Shown here: positions 51,625 through 64,000 of the stretch, in pieces
How positions within the stretch are numbered: position 1 is the first letter of the stretch
Layout: the number at the start of each line of letters is the position of its first letter
Origin: Anaeramoeba ignava BMAN
Taxonomy: Eukaryota > Protista > Anaeramoebae
NCBI GenBank assembly: GCA_028826165.1
Contig: JAPDFW010000014.1
Span: 1 to 64,000 of the forward strand
Length of the DNA: 64,000 bases
Direction of reading: 5' to 3'
Translations under genes and position numbers: made by a program
The notes under the pieces: model-generated
What the model saw: the letters and a program-made list of their open reading frames with translations, nothing else
Told to the model about the DNA's origin: nothing
Databases searched by the model: none

Positions 51625-54060
51625 TGATTTTATTCCATTTTTTATTAATAAATTATTAATTAATTTTATTCCATTTTTTTATTAATAAATTATTAATTGA
51701 TTTTATTCCACTTTTTATAAATAAATTATTAATTAATTTTATTCATTTTTTATTAATAAATTATTAATTAATTTTATTCCATTTTTTATTAATAAATTAT
51801 TAATTAATTTTATTCTATTTTTATTAATAAATTATTAATTAATTTTATTCATTTTTTTATTAATAAATTATTAATTAATTTTATTCCATTTTTATTAATA
51901 AATTATTAATTAATTTTATTTCATTTTTATTAATAAATTATTAATTAATTTTATTCCACTTTTTATAAATAAATTATTAATTAATTTTATTCTATTTTTA
52001 TTAATAAATTATTAATTAATTTTATTCCATTTTATTAATAAATTATTAATTAATTTTATTCTATTTTTATTAATAAATTATTAATTAATTTTATTCCATT
52101 TTTATTAATAAATTATTAATTAATTTTATTCCATTTTTATTAATAAATTATTAATTAATTTTTATTCCATTTTTATTAATAAAATTATTAATTAATTTTA
52201 TTCCATTTTTATTAATAAATTATTAATTAATTTTATTCCATTTTTATTAATAAATTATTAATTAATTTTATTCCATTTTTATTAATAAATTATTAATTAA
52301 TTTTATTCCACTTTTTATTAATAAATTATTAATTAATTTTATTCCATTTTTTATTAATAAATTATTAATTAATTTTATTCCACTTTTTATTAATAAATTA
52401 TTAATTAATTTTATTCCATTTTTATTAATAAATTATTAATTAATTTTATTCCATTTTTATTAATAAATTATAAATTAATTTTATTCCATTTTTATTAATA
52501 TATTATTAATTAATTTTATTCCACTTTTTATTAATAAATTATTAATTAATTTTATTCCATTTTTATTAATAAATTATTAATTAATTTTATTCCACTTTTT
52601 ATAAATAAATTATTAATTAATTTTATTTCATTTTTATTAATAAATTATAAATTAATTTTATTTCATTTTTATTAATAAATTATAAATTAATTTTATTCCA
52701 TTTTTATTAATAAATTATTAATTAATTTTATTCCATTTTTATTAATAAATTATTAATTAATTTTATTCCATTTTTATTAATAAATTATTAATTAATTTTA
52801 TTCCACTTTTTATTAATAAATTATTAATTAATTTTATTCCATTTTTATAAATAAATTATTAATTAATTTTATTCCACTTTTTATTAATAAATTATTAATT
52901 AATTTTATTCCATTTTTATTAATAAATTATTAATTAATTTTATTCTATTTTTATAAATAAATTATTAATTAATTTTATTCCATTTTTATTAATAAATTAT
53001 TAATTAATTTTATTCTATTTTTATTAATAAATTATTAATTAATTTTATTTCATTTTTATTAATAAATTATTAATTAATTTTTATTCTATTTTTATAAATA
53101 AATTATTAATTAATTTTATTCTATTTTTATAAATAAATTATTAATTAATTTTATTCTATTTTTATTAATAAATTATAAATAAATTTTATTCCACTTTTTA
53201 TTAATAAATTATTAATTAATTTTATTCCATTTTTATAAATAAATTATTAATTAATTTTATTCCACTTTTTATTAATAAATTATTAATTAATTTTATTCCA
53301 TTTTTATTAATATATTATTAATTAATTTTATTCCATTTTTATTAATAAATTATTAATTAATTTTATTCCACTTTTTATTAATAAATTATTAATTAATTTT
53401 TATTCCATTTTTATTAATAAATTATTAATTAATTTTATTCCACTTTTTATTAATAAATTATTAATTAATTTTATTCCATTTTTTATAAATAAATTATTAA
53501 TTAATTTTATTCCATTTTATATTAATAAATTATTAATTAATTTTATTCCATTTTTATAAATAAATTATTAATTAATTTTATTCCATTTTTATTAATAAAT
53601 TATTAATTAATTTTTATTTCATTTTTATTAATATATTATTAATTAATTTTATTCCACTTTTTATTAATAAATTATTAATTAATTTTATTCCATTTTTATT
53701 AATAAATTATTAATTAATTTTATTCCATTTTTATTAATATATTATTAATTAATTTTATTCCACTTTTTATTAATAAATTATAAATAAATTTTATTCCATT
53801 TTTATTAATAAATTATTAATTAATTTTATTCCATTTTTATAAATAAATTATTAATTAATTTTATTCCACTTTTTATTAATAAATTATTAATTAATTTTAT
53901 TCCACTTTTTATTAATAAATTATTAATTAATTTTATTCCATTTTTTATTAATAAATTATTAATTAATTTTATTCCATTTTTTATTAATAAATTATTAATT
54001 AATTTTATTCCACTTTTTTATTAATAAATTATTAATTAATTTTATTCCATTTTTTATTAA
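51625..54060. repeat. 35-36 bp satellite (TTTTATTCCAYTTTTATTAATAAATTATTAATTAA)n, about 68 copies
   Basis: Head-to-tail units with no spacers, between divergent genes. Confidence 0.95.
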
Positions 54061-54133
54061 AAGAAGAAAAAAAATTTTTTTTAATTTTTTCATTTTTTCA
54101 TTTTTTTTAAATCCATTTTAATACAAAAAAAAA

Positions 54134-56846
54134 ATGGAAAAAAAAAAAGACAAATATAAAAAAAAGAACAAATTGCCAGAAGGAGATAATTTTATAGCAA
54201 CAAAATTACTTGGAAAAGGTTCTTATGGAACAGTTTATTTAGGAGAAACTAAAGATACAAAAGAAACTTGTGCAATTAAAGAAATTATTATAAAAAAAAG
54301 TAGAAATGAAAGAAAAATGGTATTAAGAGAACTTAAAATAATGGAAAAAATTAAACATGAAAATTGTGTTGATTTATTTTTTATTGAACCAAAAAATTAT
54401 CAAAAAGTAAATTTAATTTAAAAAAGCAAAAAAAAATTTAATTAAAAAATGGAATAAAAATTAAAATTATTAAAAAATTAATAATAAATAAAAAGGCTGA
54501 TTTAGTTTATATTGTTATGGAATATTGTGATATGGGTGATTTAAAAGAATATATAAATTCAAAAACAAATATTTCTATTGAAGAAGTTAAAGAAATATTT
54601 GGGCAAATGGGTATAATTTATTTTTCTTTTTCAAATTAAAATCAAAATTAAAATCAAAATTAAAATCAAATTTCATTTACAAAATTAAAATCAAAATTAA
54701 AATCAAAATTAAAATTAAAATTAATTTATAAAATTAAAATTAAAATCAAATTTAAAATTAAAATCAAAATTTAATTTAAAATTATAATTATAATTAAAAT
54801 CAAAATTAAAATCAAAATTAAATTTAAATTTAAAATTAAAATTCATTTATAAAATTAAAATTAATTTATAAAATTAAAATTAAAATTAAAATTAAAATTA
54901 AAATTAAATAGTTATTATGATGCAAGTTCTTGATAAAAACAGAATTGTTCATAGAGATTTAAAACCACAAAATATTCTTCTTTTATCAAATCCACAATCA
55001 AATTTTGAATATACACTTAAATTAGCAGATTTTGGATTAGCAAGAGAAATTCCAAAAGAAGATGAAAAAAATGAAGGAATTCAAACTCTTGTTGGAACAC
55101 CTTTATATATGGCACCAGAAGTTAGAAATTTAACAATAAAAATCAATCAATCAATTAATCATTTAATCAATTGATTTAATTCAAAAAAAATTATTTAAAA
55201 ATAGATTTTATCCAATAAACCTTATACTTCAAATGTTGATTTATGGAGTTTAGGTGTAATTTTATATGAAATTATTACAACAAAATGTCCTTTTCTAGGA
55301 TTTAAATTATCAGATTTATCTGAACATTTTAGAAGTTTTACAAAAAAATCACTTCCAAAAGAATATTTAGTAAATCTAAAATATATTTAATTCAAAAATA
55401 TATTTAATTCAAAAATATATTTAATTCAAAAATATATTTAATTCATATTTAATTCATATTTAATTCAAATTTAATTCAAATTTAATTCAAATTTAATTCA
55501 AATTTAATTCAAATTTAATTCAAATTTAATTCAAATTTAATTCATATTTAATTCATATTTAATTCATATTTAATTCAAATTTAATTCAAATTTAATTCAT
55601 ATTTAATTCAAATTTAATTCAAATTTAATTCAAATTTAATTCATATTTAATTCATATTTAATTCATATTTAATTCAAATTTAATTCATATTTAATTCAAA
55701 AATAAATTTAATTCATATTTAATTCAAATTTAATTCAAAAATATATTTAATTCATATTTAATTCAAAATCAAAATCAAAATCAAAATTAAAATCAAAATT
55801 CAAATTTAATTCAAAAATATATTTAATTCATATTTAATTCAAAATCAAAATTAAAATCAAAATTAAAATCAAAATTAAAATCAAAATTAAAAAAGAAAAT
55901 TGTTCCAAAAGAATGTAATGACTTAGTTGAAAAATTATTAACTGTTGATCCAAATTCAAGAATTACAAGAAAAGAATTATATAATCATTCTTTCATTTCT
56001 GCAAAATTAGTAAATTATTCCAAAATTGAAAATTTTAATCTTTATTCACAAAATTAAAAATTCAAATTTCATAAATAGAAAAATTTATCCAATAATTTTG
56101 TTGATAATACAGAACAAGAAAAGGAAATGATTGGAGTTACAAAAGAGACATTTCAAAGCACAGAAAATGGAAAACTTTCATTTAAAAAAGAAGATGTTAT
56201 TGAAATTATTAAAATCAATAAAGATGAAGGAATTTGTGAAGGAAAATTAAAAGAAAAAGAAGGAATTATTGAATTAAAAAAGATTGATTTATATAAAGAA
56301 ATTCCAGACATTTTTTCAATGATTCAATCAAATAATAATAATAACAACAATCAATTAATTAATTTCGAAAAAAGAATTATTGGAATTTCTAAATTTGAAT
56401 ATAAATCAAATGAAATTTCATTATCAAAAGGAGATTTAGTTAAAATTATCAAAATTAATCAAGAAAATGATTATTGCAAAATTAAATTCCGAAATCAAAA
56501 AGATGAAATTCTTTTATTCTTTTTGATTTTTTATGAAATAATTGAAAAAAATGATGAAATTAATGAAAATGATAATGAAAATGATAATGAGAAGAAAAAG
56601 AAAAACAAAAACAAAAACAAAAACAAAAACAAAAATCAATTAGTTGATGAAATAACAAAAAAAAAATTTGGAATTGCAAAAGTTAATTCAGGAAATGATG
56701 AAGATGATGATGATGATAATTTCCTTTCTTTTTCAAAAGGAGATGAAGTTGAAATTATTGAAGATGATGGAGAAATGGGAATTGGAAAATTAAATGGAAA
56801 AGAAGGAGAAATTTTTATGGATGATTTTGATATTCAAGAAAATTAA
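54134..56846 (+). CDS. ULK/ATG1-like Ser/Thr kinase with three C-terminal SH3-like domains, 6 exons, 547 aa (K1)
   Basis: Exons 54134-54406, 54496-54610, 54912-55120, 55205-55369, 55896-56009 and 56079-56846 join in frame. [44 protein letters not shown]. Three LSF/LS.KGD..I.I..G.L..KEG-like units. Confidence 0.88.
55378..55890. repeat. (ATTTAATTCAW)n 11-mer array in K1 intron 4
   Basis: Seen directly. Confidence 0.88.
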
Positions 56847-56922
56847 ATTTAAAATCAATTCCACTTTTTTTTTCTTTTTCATTTTTTAATTTTTCATTTT
56901 TCATTTTTCAATAAAAAACAAA

Positions 56923-59340
56923 ATGGAAAAAAAAAATGAAAAAGAAAATCTTCCTCAAGGAAATAATTTTATTTCAACACAATTAATTGGAAAAGGTTCT
57001 TTTTGGAAAAGTTTATTTAGGAAAAATTAAAGATACAAAAGAAATTTGTGCAATTAAAGAAATTAATTTAAAAGAATTTGAAAAAGAAAAAGAAAAAATA
57101 ATCAAAGGAATTGAATTGATGAAAAAAATTAAACATGAAAATTGTGTTGAATTATTTTTTATTGAACCAGAAAATTATCAAAAAGTGAATTTAATTAAAA
57201 TTAAAAAATTAAAATTATTAATTAAAATTATTAATAAATAAAAAGGCTGATTTAGTTTATATTGTTATGGAATATTGTTCTATTGGTGATTTAAAGAAAA
57301 TTATTCGATCTCAAAATCAAAGATGTGAAAGAATTCCTATTGAAGAAGTTAAAGAAATATTTGGACAAATTTGTATTATTTTTAAAAATTTAAATCAAAA
57401 TCAAAATCAAAATCAAAATCAAAATCAAAATCAAAATTAAAATTAAAATTAAAATCAAAATCAAAATCAAAATTTAAATTAATTAGTGAAAGGATTGAAA
57501 TATTTATATCAAAATCAAATTGTTCATCATGATTTAAAACCCGAAAATATTCTTCTTAAACAAGATTATAATTCTAAATTTGGATATTCAATTAAATTAG
57601 CAGATTTTGGATTTGAAAGAATAATTCAAAAAGAAAATGCAAAAAATGAATTAGAAATTGAAAAATTTTTTGGAAAATCTTTATATATTGAACCAGAAGT
57701 TTGGAATAATATTTTATAACTGAATTGAATTGAATATTGAATATTGAATATTGAATATTGAATATTGAATTAAATATTGAATATTAAATATTGAATTGAA
57801 TATTGAATTAAATATTGAATTGAATATTAAATTGAATAAAAATTATTGAATTGAATAAATATTGAATATTGAATCGAATATTGAATTGAATATTTGAAAT
57901 TGAATATTGAATTGAATATTGAATTGAATATTAAAATTGAATAAATAAATATTGAATTGAATATTGAATTAAATATTGAATAAATTGAATTGAAATTGAA
58001 TCGAATATTGAATATTGAATATTGAATATTGAATATGAATATTGAAATTGAATATTGAATATTAAATATTGAATTAAATTGAATAAATAATAAATTAAAT
58101 ATTGGAATTAAAATATTGAATTAAATATGAATAAATCGAAAAATGAATATTGAATCGAAATTGATATTGAATAATGAATATTGGAATGAATGAATTGAAT
58201 AAAAAAATGCCAAAAATGAATATTGAATGAATATTGAATTAAATATTGAATCGAATATTGAATATTGAATGAATATTGAAAATTGAATTGAATATTGAAT
58301 TAAATTGAATTAAATATGAATTGAATTGAATATTGAATTAAATATTGAATTGGTGAATAATTAAATTAAATATTGGAATTGAATCGAATTGAATCGAATA
58401 TTGAATTGAATATTGAATGAATTGAATATTGAATTGAATATTGAATGGAATTGATTGAATGAATATTGAATTGAATATTAAATATTGAATTGAATATTTG
58501 AATATTAAAATAATAAATGAAATTGAATATTAAATATAATGGAAAATTGAATGAATATTGAATCAAATATTGAATTAAATATTGAATTGAATATTGAATT
58601 GAATATTGAATTGAATATTAAATATTGAATTGAATATTGAATTGAATATTGAATATTGAATTGAATATTGAATATTGAATTGAATATTAAATATTGAATA
58701 TTAAATTGAATATTGAATTGAATATTGAATTGAATTTAATATTAAATATTGAATTGAATATTAAATTAAATTTTTTCAATCAAATTTATTTAAAAATAGA
58801 TTTTATTCAATCAACCTTATACTTCAAATGTTGATTTATGGAGTTTAGGTGCAATTTTATATGAAATTATTGCAAGAAATCCTCCTTTTGAAGCTAATGA
58901 TCTTGATGATTTAGAAAAACAATATCAAAACACAATAAAAAAATCACTTCCAGATTCTTTTTTAGTAAATTTAAAAATTAATTACTTTAAATCATTTCAA
59001 AATTTAATCCAAATAATTGTAAAAATAAAAATAGAAAATTATTCCAAAAGAATGTAATGATTTAGTTGAAAGATTATTAACTGTTGATCCAAATTCAAGA
59101 ATTACAAGAGAAGAATTATATAAACATCCTTTTATTTTTGAAAAATTAGTAAATTAATTCAAATTCCCAAAATTTTCCAAAATTTAAAAATTAATTAAAA
59201 ATAATTTTTATTATTATTATTTAATAGAAATAATTAATTAATGAAAATTCAAAGAAGAAAATATTTGGAATTGCTAAAATTGATTCTCAAAATGATGATG
59301 ATGATTTCCTTTCTTTTTCAAAAGGAGATAAAGTTAAAAT
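56923..59340 (+). pseudogene. Kinase-SH3 paralog K2, probable pseudogene
   Basis: Extra T at about 57001. HHDLKPEN and GKSLYIEPE. Last exon begins AAA TAA (59228-59233) where K3 has AAA AAA. SH3 breaks off into low-complexity DNA at about 59340. Confidence 0.75.
57722..58770. repeat. (ATTGAAT/TTGAA)n array in K2 intron 3
   Basis: Seen directly; same family in K3 (60972-61585) and K4 (63572-63795). Confidence 0.88.
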
Positions 59341-59605
59341 CAAAATTAAAATAAAATTAAAATTAAAATTCCAAAAAAGGAGAATAAGAATAAAAAAATA
59401 TTTTAAAAAATTCCATCAAAATTCAATTCAAAATTAAAATCAAATTAAAATTAAAATTCCAAAAAAGGAGAATAAGAATAAAAAAATATTTTAAAAATTC
59501 CACTTTTTTTTCTTTTAAAAATAAATTTCGAAAAATAATTTTTTTTAATTTTTATTTTTCATTTTTTTTTTCAATTTAAAAAAACAAAAACAAAAAAACA
59601 AAAAA

Positions 59606-62249
59606 ATGGAAAAAAAGATAATTTTAGAAGGAGATAATTTTATTGCAACAAAATTAATTGGAATACATTCTTCTGGAAAAGTTTATTTAGGAGAAACTAA
59701 AGATACAAAAAAAACTTGTGCAATTAAAAAAATTAATTTAAAAAAAGATAAATCAAAAAGAAACACGACATTAAGACAAATTAGAATAATGAAAAAAATT
59801 AAACATGAAAATTGTGTTGATTTATTTTTTATTGAACCAAAAAATTATCAAAAAGTAAATTTAATTTAATTTAATTTAATTTAATTTAATTTAATTTAAT
59901 TTAATTTAATTAAAAATGGAATAAAAATTAAAATTATTAAAATTTAATAATAAATAAAAAGGCTGATTTGATTTATATTGTTATGGAATATTGTAGTATG
60001 GGTGATTTAAATCAGTATCTTAAATCAAAAACAAATATTTCTATTGAAGAAGTTAAAGAAATGCTTGGTCAAATTGGTATTATTTATTTTTCTTTTTCAA
60101 AATCAAATTAAAATTAAAATCAAATTCAAATCAAATTCAAATTCAAATTCAAATTCAAATTAAAAATCAAAATCAAATTCAAAATCAAATTCAAAATCAA
60201 ATTCAAATTCAAATTCAAATTCAAATTCAAATTCAAATTCAAAATCAAAATCAAAATGAAATTGAAAATCAAAATCAAAATCAAAATCAAAACCAAAATC
60301 AAAATCAAAATTAAAATCAAAATAAAAATCAAAATTATAAATTAAAAATTAAAATCAAAATCAAATTCAAAATCAAATTCAAAATCAAAATCAAATTCAA
60401 AATGAAAATCAAAATCAAATTCAAATTCAAATTCAAAATCAAATTCAAAATTAAAATTAAAATTAAAATCAAAATCAAAATCAAAATTAAAATTAAAATC
60501 AAAATCAAATTCAAAATTAAAATCAAAATCAAAATTAAAATTAAAATTAAAATCAAAATCAAATTCAAAATTAAAATCAAAATCAAAATCAAATTCAAAA
60601 TTAAAATTAAAATTAAAATAAAAATCATAAATTAAATTCAAAATCAAAATTAAAATCAAAATCAAAATTAAAATTATAAATTCAAATTCAAATTAAAATT
60701 AAAATTAAAATCAAAATAAAAATTAAAATTAAAATTAGTGAAAGGATTGAAATATTTATATCAAAAAGATATTCTTCATCGAAATTTAAAACCTGGCAAT
60801 ATTCTTCTTCAATCAAATGATAATTCTGAATTTGGATACACAATTAAAATAGCAGATTTTGGATTTGCAAGAATGATTCGAAGAGATGATTTAGGAGAAA
60901 CTATAGAAATGGATTTATATGTTGGAACACCTTTATATGTTGCACCAGAAGTTTGGAATAATATTATATAATTGAATTAAATTGAATTAAATATTGAATA
61001 TTGAATTGAATATTGAATATTAAATATTAAATATTGAATTGAATATTGAATTGAATATTGAATTGAATATTAAATATTGAATTGAATATTGAATATTGAA
61101 TATTAAATATTAAATATTGAATTAAATATTGAATTGAATATTGAATTGAATTAAATTGAATTAAATATTGAATATTGAATATTAAATATTGAATTGAATA
61201 TTAAATTAAATATTGAATTAAATATTGAATTGAATATTAAATTGAATATTGAATATTAAATACTGAATTGAATATTGAATTAAATATTGAATTAAATATT
61301 AAATATTGAATTGAATATTGAATATTTAATATTGAATTAAATATTGAATTGAATATTAAAATATTAAATTAAATATTGAATATTGAATATTAAATTGAAT
61401 ATTAAATTGAATATTAAATTGAATATTGAATTGAATATTAAATTAAATATTAAATATTGAATATTGAATATTAAATTGAATTAAATTGAATTAAATATTA
61501 AATATTAAATATTGAATTAAATATTAAATTAAATATTAAATTGAGTATTAAATTGAATATTGAATATTGAATTGAATATTGAATTTTCAATTAAATTTTT
61601 TCCAAAAATAGATTTTATCCAATAAACCTTATACTTCAAATGTTGATTTATGGAGTTTAGGTGCAATTTTATATGAAATTATTACAGGATATCCTCCTTT
61701 TGAGGCTGAAAATCGCAATGATTTAGAAAATCAATTAAAAAAAGCAACAAAAAAATCACTTCCAAAAGAATATTTAGTAATTTAAATAATTCAAAATTTA
61801 AATAATTCAAAATTCAAATAATTTAAAAATTTAATTGTTAAAAATTTTAAAGAAAATTATTCCAAAAGAATGTAATGATTTAGTTGAAAGATTATTAACT
61901 GTTGATCCACATTCAAGAATTAAAAGAGAAGAATTATATAAACATCCTTTTATCCCTGAAGAATTAGTAAATTAATTCAAATTCCCAAAATTTTCCAAAA
62001 TTTAAAAATTAATTAAAATAATTTTTTATTATTATTATTTAATAGAAAAAATTAATTAATGAAAATTCAAAGAAGAAAATATTTGGAATTGCTAAAATTG
62101 ATTCTCAAAATGATGATGATGATTTACTTTCTTTTTCAAAAGGAGATAAAGTTAAAATTATTGAAATTGATGGAGAAATTGGAATTGGAAAATTAAATGG
62201 AAAAGAAGGAGAAATTTATATTGATGATTTTGATATAAAAAAAAAATAA
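59606..62249 (+). CDS. Kinase-SH3 paralog K3, intact ORF, predicted pseudokinase, 352 aa
   Basis: Exons 59606-59854, 59962-60076, 60739-60950, 61612-61776, 61853-61966 and 62046-62249 join in frame. GIHSSG loop, RQIRIM, HRNLKPGN, DFG retained, one SH3-like domain. Confidence 0.85.
60103..60736. repeat. (AAAATY/AAATTC)n in K3 intron 2
   Basis: Seen directly. Confidence 0.9.
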
Positions 62250-62447
62250 TTTCCAATCAAAACCAAAATCAAAATCAAAATCAAAATCAAAAGAAGAAAA
62301 AATATTTTTTAAAAAATTCCACTTTTTTTTCTTTTAAAAACAAAAAAAACAAAAAAAGCAAAAAAATTAAAATAAAAAAAGGAAAAATAATTTTTTTTAA
62401 TTTTTCATTTTTTTAAATTTAAAAAAACAAAAACAAAAAAACAAAAA

Positions 62448-64000
62448 ATGGAAAAAAAGATAATTTTAGAAGGAGATAATTTTATTGCAACACAATTTAT
62501 TGGAGAAGGTTCTTTTGGAAAAGTTTATTTAGGAGAAACTAAAGATACAAATCAAATTTGTGCAATTAAAAAAATTAAGTTAAAAAACAAAGAAGAATTA
62601 GAAAGAAAAATGACATTAAGAGAACTTGAAATAATGAAAACAGTTAAACATGAAAATTGTGTTGATTTATTTTTTATTGAACCAGAAGATTATCAAAATG
62701 TAAATTTAATTTAATTTAATTAAAAAAAAAAAAAGCAAAAATTTAATTAAAAAAAAAAGAAGCAAAAATTTAATTTAATTAAAAATGGAATAAAAATTAA
62801 AAAATTATTTACTTTATAAAAATTATTAATAAATAAAAAGGCTGATTTAGTTTATATTGTTATGGAATATTGTGGTATGGGTAATTTAAACGAGTATATT
62901 GATTCAAAAACACAAGGAAATGAAAGAATTCCTATTGAAGAAGTTAAAGAAATATTTGGACAAATTTGTATTATTTATTTTCCATTTTCAAATAAAAATT
63001 AAAATCAAAATCAAAATTAAAATTAAAATTAAAATTAAAATTAAAATTAAAATCAAAATCAAAATTAAAATCAAAATCAAAATCAAAATTAAAATCAAAA
63101 TCAAAATCAAAATTAAAATTAAAATCAAAATTAAAATTAAAATCAAAATCAAAATCAAAATCAAAATTAAAATCAAAATCAAAATTAAATTCAAATTCAA
63201 AATCAAAATTAAAATCAAAATCAAAATAAAAATTAAAATCAAAATCAAAATCAAAATCAAAATCAAAATCAAAATCAAAATAAAAATCAATTTCAAAATT
63301 AAAATCAAATTCAAAATTAAAATTAATTTTAAAATTAGTGAAAGGATTGAAATATTTATATCAAAAAAATATTGTTCATCGAGATTTAAAACCTGAAAAT
63401 ATTCTTCTTCAAAAAAATATTGATTCTAAATTTGGATATACAATTAAATTAACAGATTTTGGATTTGCAAGAGAAATTCCAAAAGATGATTTAGGAAAAA
63501 CTCAAATAATGAATACATTTATTGGAACACTTTCATATGTTGCACCAGAAGTTTGGAATATTATTATATAATTGAATTAAATTGAATTAAATATTGAATT
63601 GAATATTGAATATTGAATATTGAATTAAATATTGAATTAAAAATTGAATTAAATATTGAATTAAAAATTGAATTGAATATTGAATTAAATTGAATTGAAT
63701 ATTGAATTGAATATTGAATTGAATTTAATATTAAAAATTGAATTAAATATTGAATTAAAAATTGAATTGAATATTGAATTAAATTGAATTAAATTTTTTA
63801 ATTAAATTTTTCCAAAAATAGATTTTATTTAATAATTCTTATACTTCAAATGTTGATTTATGGAGTTTAGGTTCGATTTTATATGAAATTATTACAGGAA
63901 ATCCTGCTTTTCAAGCTTTTGGTCGTAATTCTTTAGAAACAAAATACCAAAACACAATAAAAAAATCACTTCCAAAAGAATATTTAGTAATTTAAATAAT
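62448..64000 (+). CDS. Kinase paralog K4 with catalytic motifs intact, cut by the window end
   Basis: Exons 62448-62699, 62841-62967, 63339-63550 and 63822-63986. [32 protein letters not shown]. Confidence 0.87.

Noticed and set aside
51625-54060. CRISPR-like array of 35-36 bp repeats
   Set aside because: Units are contiguous with no unique spacers, the context is eukaryotic, and no cas genes are present.
30855-57005. Programmed ribosomal frameshifting at the broken ORFs (30860, 35970, 43080, 45640, 57001)
   Set aside because: The shifts are a mix of +1 and -1, all in homopolymer runs, with no shared slippery motif. Long-read consensus error or pseudogenisation is simpler.
59340-59505. Direct duplication of about 90 bp after K2
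   Set aside because: Local slippage at the broken end of a pseudogene, with no terminal repeats or target-site duplication to suggest a mobile element.
14301-62249. Alternative genetic code (TAA/TAG read as Gln)
   Set aside because: Conserved proteins end at the expected position with TAA or TGA, and intact spliced CDSs contain no in-frame stops.
17527-63396. ORFs of [18 protein letters not shown] and INKLIN type
   Set aside because: They are translations of intronic or intergenic microsatellites, not genes.
1-64000. Transposase, reverse transcriptase, intein/Hint domain, rRNA or tRNA
   Set aside because: No recognisable motifs seen. Small structured RNAs cannot be fully excluded by eye.

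Overview
Extremely AT-rich eukaryotic (protist) nuclear DNA with GT-AG spliceosomal introns and the standard genetic code. The style (QN-repeat N-termini, expanded intronless BTB-BACK-TLDc genes, satellite-filled introns, TCA-centred initiator-like motifs) resembles the metamonad Anaeramoeba; this taxon call is inference. Housekeeping genes rebuilt exon by exon: formate-tetrahydrofolate ligase, BUD31, a tandem-CH/coiled-coil actin-binding protein, PRP39, proteasome alpha-6 (PSMA1), ICMT/STE14 and dynactin p62 (DCTN4). Expanded or accessory genes: four BTB-BACK-TLDc genes, a BTB-ARM gene, a secreted beta-propeller-like repeat protein, and four tandem ULK/ATG1-like kinase-SH3 genes (active, pseudogene, pseudokinase, active). 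About 1-4.7 kb and 9-12.3 kb look like decayed coding DNA. The main observations are: (1) the BTB-TLDc paralogs are mosaics of three exchangeable segments with hypervariable loops, and one sits between direct repeats of its own promoter element; (2) unrelated upstream satellites converge on units of about 145-160 bp; (3) a CpG-containing motif TTTTATCCGATTT recurs six times in noncoding DNA; (4) TTTTCATTTT clusters precede nearly every start codon. Several single-base homopolymer frameshifts are probably long-read assembly errors.
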